Positions 60,400 to 64,000 of a stretch of DNA of 64,000 nt are shown here, in pieces. The stretch's first letter is position 1. Every line of letters begins with the position of its first letter. The DNA is from Octopus vulgaris (Eukaryota), in NCBI GenBank assembly GCA_951406725.2, contig OX597820.1:106454001-106518000 (forward strand), written 5' to 3'. A program made the translations under genes and the position numbers. The notes below the pieces were generated by a model. That model saw nothing but the letters and a program-made list of their open reading frames with translations. It did no database searches and was not told the DNA's origin.

Positions 60400-63300
60400 T
60401 CATCATCGTCGTTTAACGTCCGCTTTCCATGCTAGCATGGGTTGGACGGTTTGACTGTGGGCTGGCCAACCAGATGGCTGCACCAGGCTCCAGTCTTGAT
60501 CTGGTAGAGTTTCTACAGTTGGATGCCCTTCCTAACGCTAACCACTCCGAGAGTGTAGTGGGTGCTTTTTATGTGCCACCGGCACGGGGCCAGTCAGGCG
60601 GTACTGGCAACGACTTCGCTCGAATTTTTTTACACATGCCAACGGCACAGGTGCCAGTAAGGCAATACTGGTAATGATCCCGCTTGAATGGTGCCTACGA
60701 CATACCACCGGCATGGAAGCCAGTTAGCCGCTCTGGCAATGATCACGTTCGGATGGTGCTCTTAGCACCCTACTAGCATGGGGCACAAGTGCCAGTAAGG
60801 CGAGGCTGGCAACGATCACACTCGAATGGTGCCTCTTATGTGCCACTGGCATGGAAGCTGGTTAGCCACTCTGTCAACAATCATGCCCGTCATTGAATTT
60901 CACTTTGATTTTGATTTTGATTTCACTTGCCTCAACAGGTCTTCGCAAGCAGAGTTTAGTGTTCAAAGAAGGAAAAGGTATGCACAAGTGGGCTGGTTAC
61001 ACCCCTGGCACAGGCCACAAGGTTATGGTCTCATTTGGCTTGCCGGGTCTTCTCAAGCACAGCATATTTCCAAAGGACTCGGTCACTAGTCATTTCCTTG
61101 GTAAGGACTAAATTTCAAAGGTCGTGCTTCACCACTTCATCCCAGGTCTTCCTGAGTCTACCTCTTCCACAGGTTCCCTCAACTGCTAGGGTGTGGCACT
61201 TTTTCACACAGCTATCTTCATCCATTCTCGCTACATGACCATACCAGCGCAGTCATCTCTCTTGCACACCACATCTGATGCTTCTTAGGTCCAACTTTTC
61301 TCTCAAGGTACTTACACTCTGTCGAGTATGCACACTGACATTACACATCCATCAGATCATACTGGCTTCATTCCTTGTGAGCTTATGCATGTCCTCAGCA
61401 GTCACAGCCCATGTTTCACTGCCATGTAACATGGCTGTTTGTACACATGCGTCATACAGTCTACTTTTACTCTGAGCGAGAGGCCCTTTGTCACCAGCAG
61501 GGGTAAGAACTCTCTGAACTTTGCCCAAGCTATTCTTATTCTAGCAGCTACACTTTCAGTGCACCCTCCACGCTACTGACTTGGTCACCTAGGTAATAGA
61601 AGCTATCAACTACTTCTAGTTTTTCTCCTCAGAATATGGCGGAAGTTGTTCTCTGCGCATTGTCAGTGTTTATTGCACCCGAGCATCTGCCACACACAAA
61701 AACTATCTTCCCAGTTAGCCTTCCTTTGATATTGCTGCACCTCTTGTGTGTCCATAGCTTACACTGGGTACATCTTATAGAGTTTCTTCCTACACCTCTA
61801 CTACAGATCGAGCAGGGCCATTTAACTGAAGGCATTTGTGGTTTGCCTGCCTTCCTACTTATTAGGACTTTGGTTTTAGCTAGATTGACTCTGAGGCCCT
61901 TTGATTCTAATCCTTGTTTCCACACTTGAAACTTCTCTAGTTCTGATAGTGACTCAGCAATTAGAGCAAGGTCATCAGCATAGAGGAGCTCCCAGGGGCA
62001 TCCTATCTTGAATTCCTCCGTTATTGCCTGGAGGACTATGATAAATAGAAGGGGGCTGAGGACTGAACCTTGGTGGACCCCTACCTCTACCCGGAATTCT
62101 TCAGTGTACTCATTGCCAACCCTCACCTTACTTACAGCATCCCTGTACATGGCTTGCACAGCTCTCACTAACCATTCATCTATCCCTAGTTTCTTCATTG
62201 ACCACCAGATAAGGGATCGGGGGGACCCTGTCAAAGGCTTTCTCCATGTCAACGAAAGCCAGGTACAGGGGCTTATCTTTGGCTAGGTATTTCTCCTGCA
62301 GCTGTCTTACCAGAAATATAGCATCAGTGGTACTTTTCCCTGGCACGAAACCAAACTGCATTTCATCCAAACTAACTCTCTCTCTAATTAGTTGGGCTAT
62401 GACCCTCTCCGTAATCTTCATTACCTGATCCAACAGCTTGATACCTCTGTAATTATTTATATCTAGGGCGTCACCTTTACCTTTGTAGCAGTTGACTAGT
62501 ATGCTGCTACACCAGTCATTGGGTATGACTCCTTCGTGTATCACCTGGTTAACTATACGGGTGACTAGGCTATAGCCGACACCACCAGATATTTTGAGCA
62601 TCTCTGCAGTAATTCCTGATGGGCCTGGGGCTTTCCCTGTCTTCATGCTTCTAATTGCCTTAACTACCAAGATACTGTCAACTCGGATAGCTGGTCCCTC
62701 TATTGGGTCGACATTCAGCAGACTCTCTATCTCCCATTCATTTTCTTTATTCAGCAACCTTTCATAATGGCGTCTCCGAACCTCTCACTTTGCAACTCCA
62801 TTTAGTGCAAGAGAACTATCATCCATGCTGACACATTTCTCTCCTACAACATCTCGATTCTCTCTCACACACTGTCTTGCAGCACGAAATACTTCAAGTC
62901 TTTGATCCTCACGGCGCAGAACATTGGCAAATTTTTTCGTATTTGCTTCCCCTCTGGCTAAGTAAACCTGTCTCCTAGCTTCTCTTCTGGCAGGCTGATA
63001 CAATTCCCTGCTACCACCGTTCTTGCAGTCCTTCCAAGCCTGTCTCTTTTCTCTAATAGCCCTGTCTACAACATTGTTCCACCACCATCGAGAGGGGACT
63101 TTGCACCATCCACAGTGGTCAGTGGCTCTCAGCAGCTTGTCCCGTAGAAACCTCCAGTTGTCTTCTACACTATGTGAAGCTATATCCTCTTCTATTTCGT
63201 TAAAGGCTTCGAGTAATATGTCTCTAAATCTCTGTCCATTCGCAAAATCTTTAAGCTTCCAGACCCTTCTTTTCCATGTTAGTCATCTTCTGGGCGTCCA

Positions 63301-64000
63301 CTTAGATCCTAAAGTCACTAACTACCAGTCTATGTTGTGGGGTACAGTCTTCGCTTGGGAAGGTTTTGGCATTTATAAGCAGCTATCTTTCCCTTTTTCT
63401 GACGAGAATGTAGTCAATTTGGCTAGTATGTCTAGGTGACTAGGTGACTGATAGGTTTCCAGAAGTTAGTATTGCAAACCATAAGATCACTTGCATCGCA
63501 GAACTCCAGCAGCCTGGTTCCCTCCTCGTTGCGGGAACCATAGCCGTAGCCTCCATGTACGCCATGGAAGCCCCCTGTATGTTGTCCAACATGTCCATTG
63601 AAGTCACCAGCCACAGAAGAAGGTCCCTGTCATTCGTCTGCAGTAGGGTGTCATAGAATCGGTCTTTCTGTCCATCGAGTAGCTCCGATATAATGGTGAA
63701 GCACTAATCTAATCTTAAGTATTCTGTCGCATACTCTGACTACCTCAATTACCTTATCTACCCATTTTTCAGCAAGAAGTATACCAACGCCCCCGACCCC
63801 ATCAGTGTTCCCCACCCAGAAAATCTTGTACCTGCGTTCTTTGCCTGTGAGGAACCTAGCAGAACCTCCTCTCCACTTTACTTCTTGGATGCAACATATA
63901 TCAACACATCTCCGTTCAAGCATCTCAACAATCTCACTAGACCTACCTTTCAGTGTGCCAACATTGAGAGTGCCAACCCTAAGGGTGTGGGAGGGATGGG
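60400..64000 (-). mobile_element. RTE-clade LINE, near full-length ORF2 (APE endonuclease, RT, PHD-like finger), inactivated
   Basis: EN motifs TLNVGTL, CCIQE, AGDFNGHVG. RT motifs KAPGPSGI, NYRGIKLL, QFGF, AFVDMEKAFD, GVHQGSVLSPLLF, LLYADD. Frameshift in a G-run near 62220, other lesions, a repeat-containing 3' UTR and a (GAT)n tail. The 5' end runs off the window. Confidence 0.95.

Noticed and set aside
60561-60880. CRISPR-like repeat-spacer appearance
   Set aside because: Eukaryotic context, degenerate whole-unit tandem repeats in a LINE 3' UTR, and no cas genes.

Overview
AT-rich, repeat-dense eukaryotic genomic DNA. The SINE/LINE families look like those of coleoid cephalopods, probably Octopus (recognised from memory, not searched). 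The main gene is the 3' part of a + strand PDZ-LIM gene of the Zasp/ALP/Enigma family. Ten GT-AG exons (21187-51939) splice in consistent phase into 1464 nt (487 aa plus stop): a NAVARPF linker motif, an ALP-like (AM) motif, the ZM motif, a second AM motif, a Pro-rich region and three LIM domains closely resembling Drosophila Zasp52. No PDZ exons were found, so they probably lie upstream of the window. Introns and flanks hold tRNA-derived SINEs, RTE/CR1/Tx1 LINE pieces, a 3.6-kb RTE LINE with a PHD-like finger inside ORF2, decayed Chapaev3, mariner and hAT transposons, a Helitron and many MITEs. The most interesting signals concern Zasp splicing and RNA structure: interchangeable phase-2 cassettes ending GG|GT, GCATG (Rbfox) clusters, phase-compatible candidate mini-exons and long intronic hairpins that could be ADAR substrates. 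There is also a MITE carrying telomere-like repeats. All calls come from manual reading; no searches were run.
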